Positions 31,312 to 43,095 are shown, numbered from the stretch's first letter. The stretch is DNA of 64,000 nt from an uncultured Chloroflexia bacterium (GCA_963765765.1 CAVXYC010000014.1:64001-128000); one strand, 5' to 3'. Program-made: numbers and translations. Notes: generated by a model from the letters alone, not told the origin.

Positions 31312-31315
31312 GAAT

Positions 31316-33168
31316 CTAGGGATAAATCTCCACAAGCTCCGCGCCTGAGTCGGCCGGGAGCGCCGGCCCGCTCTCCGCCTGCCGCCAACCGACCATCACG
31401 CGAATATTTCGGCTCTGGCTCTCAGACAGCGGCACATAACCCTGTTCCGCCACAATCTGCCCGCTTTCCCAGCGCGTGGGTGGCATTACCGTCTGGAACG
31501 GCACCGTCACCTGCTCTCCAAGTACGTCGCCACTCGCGTCAAGGACACGCAATACGCGATACACATCGCCGCTGCGGGCGGGCGAAAGGATCCCAATACG
31601 CTCTGACACGTAGCTCCCCAGAGACTTGCTCCATGTCGAAGCCGCGCAAGACGCCTACTCCTGGAAACGTTACGTCAAGCGGAACGGTTGGCTGCGGCTG
31701 CTCTCGGGTGAGCAGCAGAATCGACTCTCCGTATTGACGTACGTGCATGCGCGGCCGACGAGTAAGCGCCGAATCGCTTTCCAGGTCCTGGAGGACTCGC
31801 AGCGTCGGGGAGTCCGTTAGATCGAATACGTACGCGTCCTGGCGGGCTGCATCGGGGCGGAGCCCGCCAGCGTAGAGAGATGGTGGGAACTGCCATACCT
31901 CGGGACGATTGGCCAGATGAGGCACGACGCGACGCGATGCGGTGACTCGAATCCGCAGGCGGAACCTGCTCTACCGCGTCAGCCATGTCGACTTCAGTCT
32001 GAGTCATGGTGAACTTCTCGAGATCGAAGTCCCTACCGCCCGGAAAATGGCTGTGCAGCACAAAGGTCGCAACGGAGACAAGCCCGAGGGCGGCAGCTCC
32101 CACCTTGCCCAACGTCGAATGTCGCTTTCGAAGCCACGCCAGGCCGCCGGCGGTGGCCATACCCATCAGCGGCATCATCGCCCCTGCCCAGTGCCCTCCG
32201 TAGGAATCGGCGCGGTCTTGAAGAAAGAGAACGATTGCCGTTGGGACGGCGGCCAGTAGCTGTTGTGGCGCGAGCAGACTCAACCCCGCATTAGGCAATA
32301 GCAGCCATTCACCCACATCGGCAGTGCGCTCGACAGCGTAGCTCGAAAGGGTGTCCAAGGGGTCCTTCATCAGATCCTCGTAGTGCCCGGTAGCGCGATT
32401 GCCTGCTTCGCGTGAAACGCGATGCTGAAACGAGGGCATGATGACGAATGCCACCAGCACAGCCCAGACAGTGGCGAGCGCGACTAGTCCCGCGCCCAGC
32501 TTCCAGCGTGAACGATGCATCACCATCCAGCTCAATCCGAGCCCGGCGATGACGAACGCCGTCTCTTCTTCGAAGAGGAGGCAGCACACAACACCTGCTA
32601 ATGCAACGCGTACACGACCGGTGAACACTCCGTACGCGGCGACAGCCGAAGGGAGCGCTGCCAGCACCACGGGGTGAAACTCCGACAGCGCGATGCGTGA
32701 AAGCGCTGGCATGGCCAGATAGCTTGCCAGTACGAGCAATGCGAGGCGGGTGTCTCGCAAGATGTGCCTGGCCCACAGGAAGACCGGAACCCCGCTAGCT
32801 CCGAGAAACACCTGCTGGAGAGCCACAAGCATCGCCGGACTTGGAAGAAGCCCGTACAAGAGCGCCAATGGCCAGAGCACCGGAGCGAAGTGCTCCGCCA
32901 GGTGATTGGTGTTTTCCATGAGCAGCGTCGTGGTCAGGCCACGTCCCTGGTTGGCGTTGTAGAGAATCTGCGCGTAGATCCCCATATCACGAGCACGTGT
33001 GTGATAGGTGACGTGCTGAAGGACTGCCAGCGTGCCGCTTAACAGCGTGTAGATAAAGCAGAGGACGAGTGCGGGCTTCAGTCCGTTTGCAAGCCAACCG
33101 GCTCGCGTGGAGCTCGGAACGGCGGGTGCGCCTGGAAGGTCAGCCGTTGCCGCCGGACTCGCGGCCAC
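31316..33168 (-). CDS. DUF2079-family membrane protein (GT-C-like), frameshifts near 31950 and 31570
   Basis: DMGIYAQ, NHLAEHFAP, EFHP, KEE-like FEEE; continues as PHLANRPEVWQFP and W..G..V in ORFs 31539-31925 and 31316-31609. Confidence 0.75.
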
Positions 33169-33288
33169 GGGCTAGTCGATGGGGCGGGGAAGCCCCGCCA
33201 GGACACATTGTTCGCCTGCAAGTAAAGCCCCGCCCATCTGCCAATGCTTGGCGGGGACGAATGTCTGTGGTCGGGGCGATAAGGACAT

Positions 33289-34455
33289 CTAATCCGGCTC
33301 CGGCACGTCGCTCATCGGCTTCACGCCATGCTCAAATCGCGATAGACCCAGGGGTTCGATATCGATGCTCGTTCGACCGTCAACGATGAGCTCGGCGACA
33401 CTGATGCCAATGGCTGGCGAGTGCTGGAAACCATGTCCGCAAAAGCCGACGGCAGCCAGCATGTTATCCAATCCCGGCATGCGATCGATGATGCCGTGCT
33501 CATCTGGAGTGAGTGGTCGTAGACCAGCCCAGGCGCTCCGAATACCCGCTTCGCCTAGAGCTGGCATGCGCTTCACGGCCTTCTGAACGGTCTCCTCGAG
33601 CCGGCCCCAATCGACCGGCGGAGCGTCGGTCAGCTCGCCTACATCCTCGGCATCGCCTGGACTCATGAGCAGTGAGCGCATCTCGCTGCGCGCGTAGAAT
33701 CCCGAGCCGCGATCCTGCACCATCGGCACCGGATGATGGACGCCGTCGAAGTCATCGGTGACGAAAATATGCCGTCGCCTCGGATAGACGGGTAGCTCGA
33801 TGCCCACCATACGTCCAACGGCCGCCGCCTGTGGTCCCGCGGCATCGATGACCAGGCCGGCCGAAGCGCGCCCTCGGTCGTGGCAATGGACGCTACTTGC
33901 GGCCCGTTGAGGTCCAAGCCAATGACCGTCGTCCCCTCGCAGAACTGAACGCCCAGCTGCGCGCGCACGCCGTGCGTAGGCCTGAACCACCTCGTTTACG
34001 CCCGCATATCCATCTCGCGGCCCCCACGTCGCGGCCAGCACGTCATCCACATACAGACCGGGGACAATTGCTCGGGCATCGTCAGGCGAGATCATCTGCA
34101 CATCAAGGCCCATCTCGCGCTGCAACTCGATGTCCCGCGAGTATCGATCGACTTGTTCTTGCGATGTCAGGCAGTACAGATAACCGTGCTCGCGAAAGTC
34201 GCAATCGCCACCCATCTCGTCAGAGAATCGGTGAAAGAAGTCCAGACTGGCGAGCGAGAACTCGATTTCGACGCGAGTGCTGAACTGCGCGCGAATGCCC
34301 CCCGCTGCCTTGCTCGTCGTGCCCGATCCAATGGCGTCGCGCTCGAGGACCACGACGTTCTTCACGCCACGCTTCGCCAGGTGGTACGCGATGCTACAGC
34401 CAATGGCGCCTGCGCCAATAATGGCAATGTCTGCAGTAGAAGGAAGCGTAGACAT
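33289..34455 (-). CDS. FAD-dependent oxidoreductase (sarcosine oxidase beta / DAO family), compensating frameshifts near 33865-33960
   Basis: IIGAGAIG, GTTSKAAGGIR, WAGLRPLTPD, GFCGHGFQHSP. Confidence 0.88.
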   Translation of the reverse strand: MSTLPSTADIAIIGAGAIGCSIAYHLAKRGVKNVVVLERDAIGSGTTSKAAGGIRAQFSTRVEIEFSLASLDFFHRFSDEMGGDCDFREHGYLYCLTSQEQVDRYSRDIELQREMGLDVQMISPDDARAIVPGLYVDDVLAATWGPRDGYAGVNEVVQAYARRARAAGRSVLRGDDGHWLGPQRAASSVHCHDRGRASAGLVIDAAGPQAAAVGRMVGIELPVYPRRRHIFVTDDFDGVHHPVPMVQDRGSGFYARSEMRSLLMSPGDAEDVGELTDAPPVDWGRLEETVQKAVKRMPALGEAGIRSAWAGLRPLTPDEHGIIDRMPGLDNMLAAVGFCGHGFQHSPAIGISVAELIVDGRTSIDIEPLGLSRFEHGVKPMSDVPEPD

Positions 34456-34458
34456 AAT

Positions 34459-34544
34459 TGAGTGATGACTGTTGAGTGATAAGTGGCGTTCAGGAGGCCA
34501 ATGGCGCTCCCTACTCGCTATTGATGACTGATCACTCGTTATTC
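34459..34544. repeat. Degenerate heptamer tandem/inverted repeat (GAGTGAT / ATCACTC)
   Basis: TGAGTGATGACTGTTGAGTGATAAGT followed by ACTCGCTATTGATGACTGATCACTCGTTATT in the divergent intergenic region. Confidence 0.45.
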
Positions 34545-34599
34545 GTGAGTCGTCGTCTATGATAGCTGATGCGCGCCGCCATCCTCGCGCAGAGGCACC

Positions 34600-36870
34600 A
34601 TGACTGAACGTTTTGTTGGACAGCCGCGCAAGCGTGTCGAAGATCGCCGATTTATCCAGGGAGACTGGTCGTTATGTCGATGACATTCGACCGTCTGACG
34701 TGCTCCACATGGCCGTGCTGCGCAGCCCATACGGCCATGCCAGGATACGCTCCATCGATATAGAAGGCGCTCGGAAGGGCGCTGGAGTAGCAGCCGTCTT
34801 CACGGCCGCCGACTTTCCTGACCTGAAGCCGCTGCCCGGCGCGCGCAAACATTCCAAACGCGGCCATCGCACCGATTCCGATCATCGCCCGAGATCGCGT
34901 GCGCTTTGTCGGCGAGATTGTTGCTATTGTCCTGGCCACAAGTCGCTATCTCGCAGAAGACGCGCTTCGCTCTATCGAGGTGGACTACGAGCCGCTACCC
35001 GCGGTCACCGATGCCGAAGCGGCACTCGATCCCGAAGCTCCCAGACTACACGATGACCTTCCCGACAACGTCTGCTATCGAGTCGTGGCTAGCGGCGGAG
35101 ATGTAGAAGCCGCCTTCGCCCGAGCAGCCCACGTGGTTCATGCTCGAGCACGACATCACCGGCTTGCCCCGGTGCCCATGGAGCCGCGGAGTGGGATGGC
35201 CGAGCCCGGGTCCGAACGGCACGGTCACACTGACTCTGTCCTCGCAGGCACCCCACCGTGCCCGCGACACGATAAGCGCATGCACGGGTCTCGCCACTGA
35301 GGCGATTCGCGTCATCGCCCCTGACGTCGGCGGAGGATTCGGCTCAAAGGGCTCGGCGTACCGGGAGGACGTCCTGCTCGCCGCGGTGGCGATGCGCCTC
35401 GGTCGATCGGTCACCTGGACGGCTACGCGTATGGAGGATCTGCTCACCACTCACCACGCGCGCGACCAAGTGGACACAATCTCCGGCGCCTTCGATGACG
35501 CAGGTCATCTTCTGGCTATCCGCACACGAACCGTAAACGGGCTGGGCGCATACGCCTATGCGAATACCGGCCAGCCCATGCGTATCCGCGACTACGCCAC
35601 AGGCGCATACAAAGTTCCGGCGCATCAAGCCGAGATCATCGCCGTCTACACCAATACCGCACCCCAGGGCGCGTATCGCGGTGCCGGTCGTCCCGAAGCG
35701 AGTTATCTCACCGAGCGATTGATGGATCAGGCCTCACTGGAGCTCGGTATCGACCCAGTCGAGCTGCGAAAACGGAATCTCATTCAGCCAACCGACTTTC
35801 CATGGAAGACGCCCAACGGCGCCAACTTCGACAGTGGCAACTACCCGGAGCTTTTGGACAAGGCGCTAGGAATAGCGGACTACCCGGCACTCTTGAAAGA
35901 GCGCGACGCACGTCGCGCGACCGGTGAGATTGTTGGCGTCGGCATTGCCGTCTTCATAGAAACTACCGCGAATGGCTGGGAGAGCGGCGCTGTCGAGATC
36001 CTGCCGGACGGCAGTATCGTGGGGATCACTGGCTCGCACAGCCACGGGCAGGCTCATGAGACCGTATTCGCGCAGGTCCTGGCGGATGAGCTTGGTGTAC
36101 CGCCGGACCGCATCGTCATCCGCCATGGCGATACAGCGCTCATCGATAGAGCGATAGGAACGTTCGGAAGCCGCAGTGCGGTGTTGGGTGGCGGCGCGCT
36201 TGTGCAGGCCGCGACCGAGCTGAAGGACGAGCTGCGCACGCTTGCCGCGGAGCTCCTGGAGGCAGACGCAGCCGACCTCGAGATCGCGGATGGCGCCGTG
36301 CGTGTGCGTGGCACCGTGGAGCGCGCGGTGACGTACCAGCAGCTTGCCCAAGCGGCCGAACAACGCGGCGAGCAGCTCAAAGCGTCCACGATCTTCGAGC
36401 CACCGAACGACACCATCTCGTCTGGTGCGTACGTCGCGCTGGTGAGCATCGACCGAGACACCGGCCGCGTGAATCTCGAGCGTATCGTTGCCGTGGATGA
36501 TTGCGGAACGATTCTCAACCCGATGATCGTGAAGGGTCAGGTCCACGGGGCGCTTGCCCAGGGGATCGGCGAGGCGATGAGCGAGCGCATGGTGTACGAC
36601 GAGGACGGGCAGGTGCTCACCGCGTCGCTCCTGGATTACGCCATGCCTACGGCGCACAGCGTGCCCGAGCCGGTTCTGGGCCACATCGTCACGCCCAATC
36701 CGTCCAATCCCCTGGGCGCCAAGGGAGCCGGTGAAGCCGGAACCATCGGGGCACCACCAACGATCATGAACGCCGTGCTGGATGCGCTGCGACCACTGGG
36801 CGTTAGAGATCTGGACCTCCCCATCACCGATGAGAAGGTCTGGCAGGCGATGCACTCGGCCCAACGATGA
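34600..36870 (+). CDS. Xanthine dehydrogenase-family molybdopterin-binding subunit (CoxL form II-like) copy 1, frameshifted
   Basis: GQPRKRVED, RSPYGHARI, DVGGGFGSK, AYRGAGRPE, HGQAHET, GTFGSRS, GAKGAGEAG. Confidence 0.9.
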
Positions 36871-39168
36871 CGCACAACGCTCCAATGACGACAGAAGCGC
36901 CGCTGATCGGCCAGGACATCAAGCGCGTGGAAGATGTTCGGCTTGTCCGAGGGGCTGGCCAATTCGTGGATGACGTAAATCCAGCCGGCACAGTCCACGC
37001 CGTCTTCGTTCGCAGCCCATACGCGCATGCCAGGATACGCGCTATCGACTCTGGGACCTCGCCGGGCGATGCCTGGCGTTGTCATGGTCGCCGTGGCCAG
37101 CGACATTCCGGCCAAGCCGATTCCCGTACGCGCCACAGTGGAGGGCGCGCTGGCACTCGCCGCGCCGCTTCTCGCTTCAGATCGGGTTCGATACGTCGGT
37201 GAGCCCATCGCGGTGGTACTGGCCCAGCAGCGGGCCCAGGCGGAAGACGCCGCGCGGGCAATCGAAATTGAATTCGATCCGCTCCCGGTCGTCGCATCCG
37301 CCGAGGCTGCGATAGCCAGCGACGCGCCCAAGCTTCATGATGAACTGGACAGCAACGTCTGCTACGACATCCAGCTTCGCAGCGGTGACGTAGACGGTGC
37401 GTTCAAGCAGGCAGCAACCGTCGTGAAGGTCAAGGCAAGTCATGAGCGCATTGCCGCCTCCGCGCTGGAACCGCGCTGCCTGCTGGCCGAGCCAGACGGG
37501 TCTGGCGGCCTGACACTCTGGATATCATCGCAGGCGCCGTTTCGAGTGCGCGACACGCTGATGAGTGTTCTCGGCCTATCGAAGGATCGCATCCGAGTAC
37601 TGGCACCAGACGTGGGCGGCGGATTCGGAGCCAAGGCCACCGTCTATCGCGAAGACGTGGTCCTGTGTGCGCTGGCCATGCGCCTTGGTCAACCGATCAA
37701 GTGGGTGGCAACGCGCATGGAGGACCTCGCCAACACGCACCACGCACGCGATCACACAGACGAAGCTGAAGCAGCGGTGTCGGCAGACGGTCGCGTGCTG
37801 GCTCTCCGTACGCGGACGGCCTCAGGAATTGGCGCTTACGTCCACGGTTACGGGTTGATGACGCCCTTGAAAGTGCGCGAGATGGGCACCGGACCATACG
37901 CCATCCCGGCGCAGGAGTCGCGAACAATAGCCGTCTACACCAACGCCATGCCGTGCGGTGCGTACCGTGGCGCTGGCCTACCCGAGGCAGCTTATCTGAT
38001 CGAGCGACTCATGGACGCAGCCGCGCACGCGCTCCAGATCGATCCCGTCGAGATCCGACGACGCAATCTCATCCAGCCAAATGAGTTCCCGTTCGTAACT
38101 CCAGGCGGTGTCGAATATGACAGCGGCGATTTCCCCGCGATCCTGGAGAAGTCGTTCAGCTCGCAGACTATCAGTCGATGCGCGCCGAGCAAGCTCAACG
38201 GCGCGCCGCTGGCGAGCTGGTCGGTATCGCCACGAGTGTCTTTGCAGAGACCACCGGGAATGGCTGGGAGACCGCAGCGGTGCGGGTGGAACGCGACGGC
38301 GCGATCGTGGGAATTACTGGTTCGCATAGTCACGGGCAAGGACATGCCACGACATTTGCACAGATCCTGGCCGATCAGTTCGGAGTTCCGCTAGACCAGG
38401 TGCGGATTGTCCAGGGTGATTCCAGCCTTCTCGAGACTGGCATGGGCACGTTTGGCAGTCGCAGCACCGTGCTGGGCGGCGGAGCACTTGTCACGGCCTC
38501 TGACACCGTGAAAGAACGGCTCGCGCATGCCGCGGCGGAGATGCTAGAGACGCGAGCCGACGATATTGAGCTGGTTCGAGGACTGCTCCAGGTACGCGGC
38601 GCGCCCGAACGCGCGCTGACGATCGCACAGGTGGCATACCACGTCGCGGATGAGTCGGGCGCTGAAGTCCAGGAAGCTGCCACGTTCGAGCCATCTGGTG
38701 ACGCGGTCTCGTCGGGCGCGTACATCGGCATGGTCAGCGTCGATCGAGACACGGGCCGTGTCTATATCGAATCGTTGACGTTGGTGGACGACTGCGGAGT
38801 CATCGTCAATCCCCGTGTGGTTCACGGACAGGTGCATGGCGCTCTAGCGCAGGGTGTGGGCGAGGCACTTCTGGAGCGCGTGATCTACGACGAAAACGGT
38901 CAATTGCTGACAGGGTCGTTTCTCGACTACGGCTTACCGACGGCCGGATTGGTTCCCGAGCCCGTACTTGGCCATCACGTCACACCGAGCCCGCTCAATC
39001 CACTGGGAGTCAAAGGCGCCGGTGAAGCCGGCACCATCGGGGCGCCTCCGACCATCGTCAACGCGGTCCTGGATGCCCTACGCCCACTGGGCGTCACCGA
39101 CTTGCAGCTCCCATTGAACGACGAGCAAGATCTGGAAAGCAATCCAGGACGCCACGCGCCATGGCTGA
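36867..39168 (+). CDS. Xanthine dehydrogenase-family molybdopterin-binding subunit copy 2, frameshifted
   Basis: GQDIKRVED, DVGGGFGAK, AYRGAGLPE, HGQGHAT, GTFGSRS, GVKGAGEAG over three ORFs; start overlaps the stop of copy 1. Confidence 0.9.
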
Positions 39169-40513
39169 CACCGGCGCCACGGTCGAGCTTGCGAAATTCG
39201 CGACGGAGACTCGCGCTCTCGAGCTTCCCTCCGAGGTGTTGCATCAGGCGCGGCGCGCACTGGTCGACTGGCTCGGCGTGACGATTGGCGGCGCGGACGA
39301 GCCGTCCGTCGACGCGATGGCGCGCGTAGTCCTGCCAATGGCCAACGGCAACTCCGCATCCCTTATCGGCCGATCCGAGCGCACCAGTCCTCACGCGGCC
39401 GCGCTGATCAATGGTCAGGCAGCACACGTTCTGGACTTCGATGACACACTCATGTCCCCGGAGACGACGCTTCATGGCTGCGCGCCAATCTTTCCGGCCG
39501 CGCTTGCGCTGGCGGAAGCCCGTCACGCGAGTGGCCGAGATCTGCTGAAAGCGTTCGCCCTGGGCTTCGAGGTTGCCGCGAGGGTTGCCCTGGCCGCGGG
39601 CAAGCCACACTACGACGCAGGCTGGCACGTGACCGGAACTACCGGGCACTTCGGTGCCGCCACCGCCGCGACCGTCATCCTTGGGCTGTCGACAGAGCAG
39701 CTCACCCAGGCTTACGGGATCGCTGGCACGCAGGCATCCGGTCTCAAGGAGGTGTATGGCAGTAGCTCCAAGGCGCTGCACGCTGGTCGCGCCGCGTCCG
39801 ACGGGCTGCTCTCCGCACTGCTGGCCGCCGAGGGTTACACGGGCGGGACCACGGTTCTGGAGGGCCGATTCGGCTTCTTGAACCTATTTAGCTCCGAGCC
39901 ACGAGCCGAGCGCCTCACCGATGGATTGGGTGAGCGCTGGCTGCTGCTCGAAGACGGCTTCAAGCCGTATGCGTGCGGCTCGCTCGTGCACGCCGCGATC
40001 GACGCCGCGGTCCACATTGGCGTCTCCCAGGCGCCGGCCCCGGATGCGATTGAAAGCATTGCCGCGCGAGTGCACTGGCACGTGGCATCAACCACCGGAA
40101 AAACTGACCTCAAGAGCGGTCTAGATGGAAAATTCAGCGCAGCGCATTGTCTGGCCGTGGCGCTGGTGGATCACGCCGTGGGTCCTGCGCAGTTCACTGA
40201 TCAACGTGTGTTCGATCCCACCGTCTCCGCGCTACGTCAGCGGGTAACGCTGAACGTGGACGAAGCCTGCCGCCGAGACGAGGCGACTGTAACCGTGACG
40301 CTACGCAATGGTCGAGTCCTGGAGCACACTACGGAGCACGCGAGTGGCACGCCAGAAAACCCAGTGAGTGACGACACATTGAGCGCAAAATTCCTTGGCC
40401 TGGTATCCCCGAGGTTGGGCGCAAGCCGCGCCGACAGGCTTCTTGAGACGGCGTGGAAGGCCGATGCGCTGAGCGATGTGAGCGAGCTCACTGGGCTAGC
40501 GAGGCTGAGTTGA
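39161..40513 (+). CDS. MmgE/PrpD family protein
   Basis: AALING..AHVLDFDD, GWHVTGT, K.LHAG, FKPYAC...H, KFS, G.PENP. Confidence 0.92.
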   Translation: MADTGATVELAKFATETRALELPSEVLHQARRALVDWLGVTIGGADEPSVDAMARVVLPMANGNSASLIGRSERTSPHAAALINGQAAHVLDFDDTLMSPETTLHGCAPIFPAALALAEARHASGRDLLKAFALGFEVAARVALAAGKPHYDAGWHVTGTTGHFGAATAATVILGLSTEQLTQAYGIAGTQASGLKEVYGSSSKALHAGRAASDGLLSALLAAEGYTGGTTVLEGRFGFLNLFSSEPRAERLTDGLGERWLLLEDGFKPYACGSLVHAAIDAAVHIGVSQAPAPDAIESIAARVHWHVASTTGKTDLKSGLDGKFSAAHCLAVALVDHAVGPAQFTDQRVFDPTVSALRQRVTLNVDEACRRDEATVTVTLRNGRVLEHTTEHASGTPENPVSDDTLSAKFLGLVSPRLGASRADRLLETAWKADALSDVSELTGLARLS

Positions 40514-40820
40514 GGAAAGGGCGGATGCATTGGCGTGGCAATGGGAGTCAGCGAATGGGACCGGCGAAGCAGGGCGGCGCATCACGCCCTACGATCAGGT
40601 CCCATAACTCCCGTAGCGGAAGCTCCTGAACCTCTTTGCCGCGAATATTAGGCGGGTAAGAAGCGCCCGTCCAGCAAATGCCCGAACGCTTCGTCGCGGT
40701 CGGTCTGACTCAGCGACTTCGAATTCCGCGAATCACCTTGCGACCACGCTGAGTAAGCGTCCAGGGAATGCTTCGGCCGCCACACAGAGGCACGGTTCCC
40801 AACCGCGGCCTGGAGTTCGC

Positions 40821-42215
40821 TTATGCGAAGTCTAGATCGCGTATCGCCTCCGCGGACGGCTTAGCGGTCCCGTCTTCTCGGAACAGGCCAAATGCCGCCT
40901 CGCGCGGATTGGGCTGATTGGCCGCGTCGTTCAGCATCCATTTGTATGCGCCGCTCAGACCCGCCTCACGCGCAGCCTCAAAAGTTGCCGCCTCCAGCTC
41001 CGCCGCGCGATGCGGCTCCACTTCGTGTGTGGACCAGCCAAATTCACCGAGCACGGTGGGCGTCTCGGTGCGGCGCGCGATCTCCAAAGCGATTTGCACT
41101 GAGTAATCCGGAGCGGAATCATCCGCCGCGTGGTACTGGTGGAAACTCACCACGTCCAGCGCCTGATTGGCTGACCGAGTGGCAAGAACGAGATCGTTAA
41201 AACCCACCGTGATCGGAACGGACGGATGCTCGCGCCATAATGGCGCGGCCTGCGCGTCAATCCAGTAGCCCAGCGCGTCGTCTATCAGGTCCACCAGAGC
41301 ACCCCAGCGCTGTTGATGTTCAGCCTGGTCGAGATAGTGAACGACAGTAGCTCCGGGTGAAGCGGCCGTCCAGGCGCGGTACTCCGACTGAAATACGTCC
41401 ACCGTGAGCAGTGCATTGATCGCCCAGTACGCCTCATCGTCCGAGAGGCGCTGAGGCAGCCAATCTGGCTTCATGGCCCGCCACGCGAGAGCGGAGTCGC
41501 GCGGGATGCTCTCACCGTACTGATGGATCACCGCGTCAGTCTGAATCGCTGGTCTGAAGGGCTGTGGATGACCGCGCTCCGCGTCAGACCCGAGCGACTT
41601 CCATTTATCGGGATCCAGCTCATCCGTCCGAGCAAATAGCGCGGTCACCAGATCGCCAATCTGCGGCTCGTTCTTGAGATCGTACCCCGCGACGACCGTC
41701 CGTCCAGCGTAGCGATGGGCGATGGCTCCAGCGATCATTGCTCGATTCCAGAGGTCCGACTCGGGAAAATCGGCGAGGGTCATTAACAGCGATAGTCCAC
41801 GCCGCTCTGCAATATCGAGCACGGCATCCATGCGCCACCATTCGTCTTGCAGGATCTGCTCTGCCAGCGGCGCCTGAACGAAGAGGCGTACGCCGTCCAG
41901 CCCGATGTCCGCGGCTCTCGCCAGGTCTTGATCGATCAGCGAAGAATCGAATTGATCGGGTTTCCACATCTGCCAGGCTCGATCAGCCGGCCCCTCGTAA
42001 TTGGCTCCAACGACAAATGAGGGCGCAAGCGGCAAACGCGCACGCCGCTCCAACCGCCGCGGCAGCTCATCCTGCCCGGGCTGCACCCACGGACGCCCTA
42101 CCGGCAGATCACCCGAAATCCATCGAGACGCGAGCAAGCCGGCCGCCACAGCACCGCCGCCTAGCAGCAGCTTCCGCCGAGAGATCCGCCGCGTCCCCGA
42201 GCCGAGTATGCCCAT
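40821..42215 (-). CDS. Tat-signal clan GH-A (GH5/GH42-like) glycoside hydrolase
   Basis: SRRKLL; GANYEGP, YDLKNEP acid/base, SFHQY, LGEFG nucleophile, FGLFREDG. Confidence 0.75.
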   Translation of the reverse strand: MGILGSGTRRISRRKLLLGGGAVAAGLLASRWISGDLPVGRPWVQPGQDELPRRLERRARLPLAPSFVVGANYEGPADRAWQMWKPDQFDSSLIDQDLARAADIGLDGVRLFVQAPLAEQILQDEWWRMDAVLDIAERRGLSLLMTLADFPESDLWNRAMIAGAIAHRYAGRTVVAGYDLKNEPQIGDLVTALFARTDELDPDKWKSLGSDAERGHPQPFRPAIQTDAVIHQYGESIPRDSALAWRAMKPDWLPQRLSDDEAYWAINALLTVDVFQSEYRAWTAASPGATVVHYLDQAEHQQRWGALVDLIDDALGYWIDAQAAPLWREHPSVPITVGFNDLVLATRSANQALDVVSFHQYHAADDSAPDYSVQIALEIARRTETPTVLGEFGWSTHEVEPHRAAELEAATFEAAREAGLSGAYKWMLNDAANQPNPREAAFGLFREDGTAKPSAEAIRDLDFA

Positions 42216-42342
42216 ACTCAGAGTCTAGTAGACCACCCGCGACGTCGTCGAAATTCCCCTAATCCTTCGGCGACACGTCCGACCCCTGCGTACTCACCGT
42301 TCGCCCACTACCCTCGTAACTCCTCAACCGCCATCCGCACTT

Positions 42343-42351
42343 TGTTAGAAT
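42343..42351 (+). promoter_or_regulatory. Extended -10 promoter of the tRNA
   Basis: TG-T-TAGAAT ending 12 bp before the tRNA 5' end. Confidence 0.55.
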
Positions 42352-42363
42352 GTCATTTGCCCT

Positions 42364-42438
42364 GGCGGAGTAGCTCAGTGGTAGAGCAGGGGACTCATAA
42401 GCCCTTGGTCGGGGGTTCAAATCCCTCCTCCGCCACCA
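42364..42438 (+). tRNA. tRNA with CAT anticodon, probably elongator tRNA-Met
   Basis: GGCGGAG/CTCCGCC acceptor stem, TAGCTCAGTGGTAGAGC D arm, CTCATAA loop, GGTTCAAATCC T arm, encoded CCA; paired G1-C72 argues against initiator tRNA. Confidence 0.95.
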
Positions 42439-42451
42439 CGATTCTGAGATT

Positions 42452-42489
42452 GAAAAGGTCCACCTGAATTGCTCCAAGTGGACCTTTTC
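42452..42489 (+). terminator. Element-supplied terminator after the tRNA
   Basis: GAAAAGGTCCAC...GTGGACCTTTTC. Confidence 0.7.
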
Positions 42490-42494
42490 GACTG

Positions 42495-42518
42495 ATTTGT
42501 AGCAACGGATGTAGCAAT
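42495..42518. repeat. Candidate integrase arm-type sites, left end
   Basis: TGTAGCAAC (42498) and TGTAGCAAT (42510), 12 bp apart; matched at the other end of the element. Confidence 0.7.
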
Positions 42519-42527
42519 CCGGCGCAA

Positions 42528-43095
42528 TTAGGTCCCGAAAAGGGCGTCCATGCGGTCGGCGGCGTCCTGCTGCAGAGCGGGCATGACGTGACTGTACGTG
42601 TTCATTGTCAAGCTGATCTGGCTGTGCCCGAGTGTCTCCATCACGACCCGCATTGGGACACCCTGGCCGAGCATAAAGGTGGCTGCGCAGTGTCGTAGAT
42701 CATGGAAACGCTGTCGCGGCAGTCCAGCTCGCTCCAACAGAGCCTGAAATCGGTGCGTCACGGAGGAACCGTGGAGCGGCGTTCCGATGCTGGACGGGAA
42801 TACCAGTCCGTGCTCGCGCCACTTCGACCCCGCCAGTAACCGCTCTTCGAGTTGGCGGACCTTGTGCATCCGTAAAGCTTCAACTGCGAAACCGCGGAAG
42901 GCGGATAGTACGACGGCTTCGCGCGGTCTTTGGCTCGACCAACTGGAATTCACCTTGAATGAATTGAAGCGCCGAGCGGACTTGCAGCGTGCCGTCTTCC
43001 AGGGCAACGGCATCCCACTTCAAGCCAAGAGCCTCGCCTTGGCGCAGGCCGATCGCCAATGCGACAGTGTGGAGGGCTTCTAGGCGTTCCGTGGC
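42528..43095 (-). pseudogene. 5'-truncated tyrosine recombinase/integrase
   Basis: GLRQGEALGLKW and EPKT in one frame, RFHDLRH, LGHSQISLTMNTYSHV in the next; N-terminal domains absent. Confidence 0.9.

Noticed and set aside
34600-39168. Aerobic CO dehydrogenase form I
   Set aside because: No AYxCSFR motif and no coxM, coxS or accessory genes.
42259-42477. ORFs containing WRRRDLNPRPRAYES (also 46872-47192)
   Set aside because: Antisense translations of the tRNA sequence.
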